DNA from: Trichosphaerium sp. ATCC 40318
Taxonomy: Eukaryota > Protista > Tubulinea
Length of the DNA stretch: 64,000 nt
Assembly (NCBI GenBank): GCA_038496445.1
Contig: JALMLS010000149.1
Span: 62,001-126,000, forward strand
Reading direction: 5' to 3'
The notes beneath the pieces are model-generated. The model ran no database searches and was not told the origin of the DNA. It was given only the letters and a program-made list of their open reading frames with translations. Below, piece after piece: positions 61,226 to 64,000 of this stretch; position 1 is the first letter of the stretch; each line of letters begins with the position of its first letter. The position numbers were made by a program, and so were the translations under genes.

Positions 61226-62949
61226 ATGGGAAATAACACAAGCACTTTACCTGACGATAGGCGCACAGCTAGGAAAGAACTGATATCGGCACTTGAAGGC
61301 TTTACAAAAGGTATAAATAGTGAATATAAGCAATAATAACGCTCGTATAAAGGGTTTTGTGTAAGTTTTATACCAACATGCCTGTTAAAGCGGAGAGTTA
61401 CCGGTATTCGACGTGCTCTCGCGTTGGGAACATTCTGTGGAGGATTTCGTGCAGTGACATCTCTTATGACAGAATTAAAACGAAGTGAGTGAAGCCGGTT
61501 ATGTATTTTTCTTTAAAGTATCGCTATCAATTTACTCAACGACCACCCCTATTTTGGGTAAAATTACATTTCCCAACAAAAACTCCACGTGCTGCTTTTG
61601 GAATATTCACATGCGCATTATCAAAGGAAAACAGATGCCTGACTTGTCTGAACGACTTCAATTGGCTATATCTTCGGCGATAAGCATGACAGCTGCTCTA
61701 GTGGTTGACGGTGAACTTCACCTATCATCAATTCTTGTAAACTGGTAAGCAAGTGCTGCTAAGAAGCATTGGCTTCTTTCAAACTTGTACTCGCTTTCTA
61801 ACCTTCTTTTATAAAGGTTTTTGGTTCGTGGTATTCGCACTGTAACACCTGAAGTGCCTTATGGCGCTACTATAATTGTTTGTATTGCTGCTAGTCAGCT
61901 AATTTCCACATGGTTGCAAGCTCCAGATGAACTACATCCCTCCTATATCAAATTCATGAACTTTCATAGTGGTCAGACTATCGATACACTTCGTATATTA
62001 CAAAACCATCGTGGTGATAAGCTTGATGTTTGTAGTATTACACATCCAGGTACCATACAATTCAGCTGTTGAACAACTCTTCTCGAGCAGAAGTTCAGTC
62101 GAAAACAACCACAACATCTTAATGGCTCGTCGTGGTGTTCACCACGTGCTGAGGCATTTTTTTTGATTTTTTTTTTTGTTGTAATCACGTGTTGCTTTTT
62201 ACTTACCTACTAAAAAAGGTAAGTCACACTTGATGTATAATGTAGAATATTTTATATCTGAACTTAAAAGAGCAATACCTACATACCTTCCATTGTATTT
62301 GATATTCTATGCTCTTTCAAAACACAAGAACAAAAGTATTATTCAACTCATGTTAAATGTACTACGTTCAAGTATATTCTTAACAACAATATGTGGATTG
62401 GGATGGGCATCTGGATGTGTTTATTACCCCTTAACTGGAAGAAACTTCACTCGTACAAACTTATTCAGCCACTCGTGCGTTTTTCTTTTGCTTATCTTGA
62501 TGTTTTGTTGACCAATCCTGTTTTAGGTGGGTAGCTGGTTTGGCAACCCTAATAGAGAGGCCAAATAGAAGAAAAGAACTTGCCGCTTATGGTATCACAT
62601 ACGCTATTGACTCAGTGTATACATACTTGAGAAAGAGAGGTACAGAAACACTCCACCTTGTGTTGCGTTAATTAACTCTTATGAAACAGGGTACCTGGGT
62701 CATCCACCAGCTTGGGTTAGTGGTGCACTTATGGTAATATCTTTAGCAATGATGATGTATCGATTTGATCTACAACCAGGTTAGTACACGAGATTATTGT
62801 TTGCAAAAGTTTGGGCTTTTTTAACGTATTGTTCTACAGGATTCATTACAAAGTGGTTGCTCAATATTGACAAGGATAAAGTTCTTGGCATAAAAAAAGA
62901 CGACGAGGATGACGTGTCAAGTCCAAGACAGCTAAGGCATACGACATGA
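61226..62949 (+). CDS. TMEM135: TMEM135-like membrane protein (complete copy)
   Basis: PDELHPSYIKFM, CSITHPG, AIPTYLPLY, NVLRSSIFL, LATLIERPNRRKELAAY. Confidence 0.75.
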
Positions 62950-63212
62950 TCATGTCCCTTGTTAAAATAAGTAATTCTAGTAAACCCTTTGTTTATATCC
63001 AATAATTTTCTAGCTACTTTGTGTTGTTTTAGACAAGTTACTCTACTCTATTTCCATAAAGTAGAAAATAGAGTATTAAGCTGAAGTAGGGTTACACTAT
63101 CACTAGGATCGCTCTTAAAAAAGTTGACCTACGATGGTATATATTGATGGAGAGATAAATATAGTGACAACATTTGCAGTAACTTTTTCTCTATTTTATA
63201 ATTTGTTTTTTA

Positions 63213-64000
63213 TTATGTTGAAGGTACAATAGCTTGAGGACAGTTAAAGTAAAAATCAGGATCATAATCAGCTTTGATACTCTGTAACCTAGGATAATTC
63301 TCGCCGTAATAATGTTTAACTGCGTCATCTAAGTACAGTATAGGTACATTTTGATAAACCTCAAAACTTCCATCTTCAGAGAACATTGGAATAATCACTT
63401 CCTCATACACATGTTTTGACCATTCTTCAACATCAGAGATCTCCTTCTGATAAGAAAAAAAGATTGTACCAAGTTCAAGAGACATAAGAGATGACCTATG
63501 GACATACGCTGTATCAGTCCTGCTACGAGACATACTCACACCGCCAGATAAATAAAAATGAAAACCAAAATGAACACTTTCGCTCAAGTTTGGTGCACTT
63601 TGTACTGAGTAACTTTTCTAAATCGGAAATAGTTGGATATCTCTTGATCTCAATCTCATTCCATCCAGCGTAGTATATGTGTTTTCCTACTTCATTCTCA
63701 TACCCCATTCTATAAGCCTCATATGGACTTATTGTGTACTCCTTGTAGTCAGATACAGCAATATTTTTTAAGTTGTTTTGCGCAAACAATCTTCCGCTTG
63801 CTGACTTGCCAAACCACCAGCCGTCTAGAGATGCTGACCCATTAAGGTTTAGTGAAAACGATCCACTAAACTCTTTTGGTGTATCTACAGCATACATTCT
63901 TTGAAAGGCGGTTATAACATCTTCTCTAGCAATAATGCATTCGAAGCTTCAACTAAATAAGTACACCATTTTTTATTCAAGTTCGTACCGCAGAACTGAT
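63213..64000 (-). CDS. FAD-linked oxidase, berberine-bridge-enzyme type, 3' part (apparent frameshift near 63605)
   Basis: TAYVHR, YQNVP, YYGENYPRLQSIKADYDPDFYFNCPQAI is the BBE C-terminal signature. Confidence 0.85.

Larger units (their letters stand above)
48429..61725. repeat. Copy B of ~12 kb tandem duplicated unit (with a 1.3 kb TE and a 105-bp deletion)
   Basis: Colinear with 36371-48428. Confidence 0.95.

Overview
AT-rich, gene-dense DNA from an intron-rich microbial eukaryote. Short GT-AG introns and the gene content suggest an amoeboid protist, but that is inference. About 30 distinct genes can be hand-spliced: TauE transporter, DHHC palmitoyltransferase, USP40-like deubiquitinase, C2 protein, MAPEG, START protein, several F-box and F-box/LRR genes, secreted or surface proteins, a mitochondrial carrier, GH30 glucosylceramidase, G-alpha, RalGAP-beta-like, LRAT-domain protein, CTNNBL1, TMEM135-like, and a BBE-type oxidase. 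Bases ~36.4-61.7 kb are two tandem copies of a ~12 kb unit, either a real duplication or two haplotypes joined in assembly. The copies act as an internal filled/empty-site comparison. Highlights: (1) a 1339-bp piggyBac-like element with 18-bp TIRs, a non-canonical 5-bp TSD and a PHD+SAP module inside its transposase; (2) four independent U12-type (minor spliceosome) introns with one shared signature; (3) an intron-containing secreted RTX-repeat protein with a cysteine ladder; (4) a structured intergenic segment with telomerase-RNA-like layout (speculative); (5) a MITE-like element truncating an LRR gene. Gene models are manual and no database searches were run.
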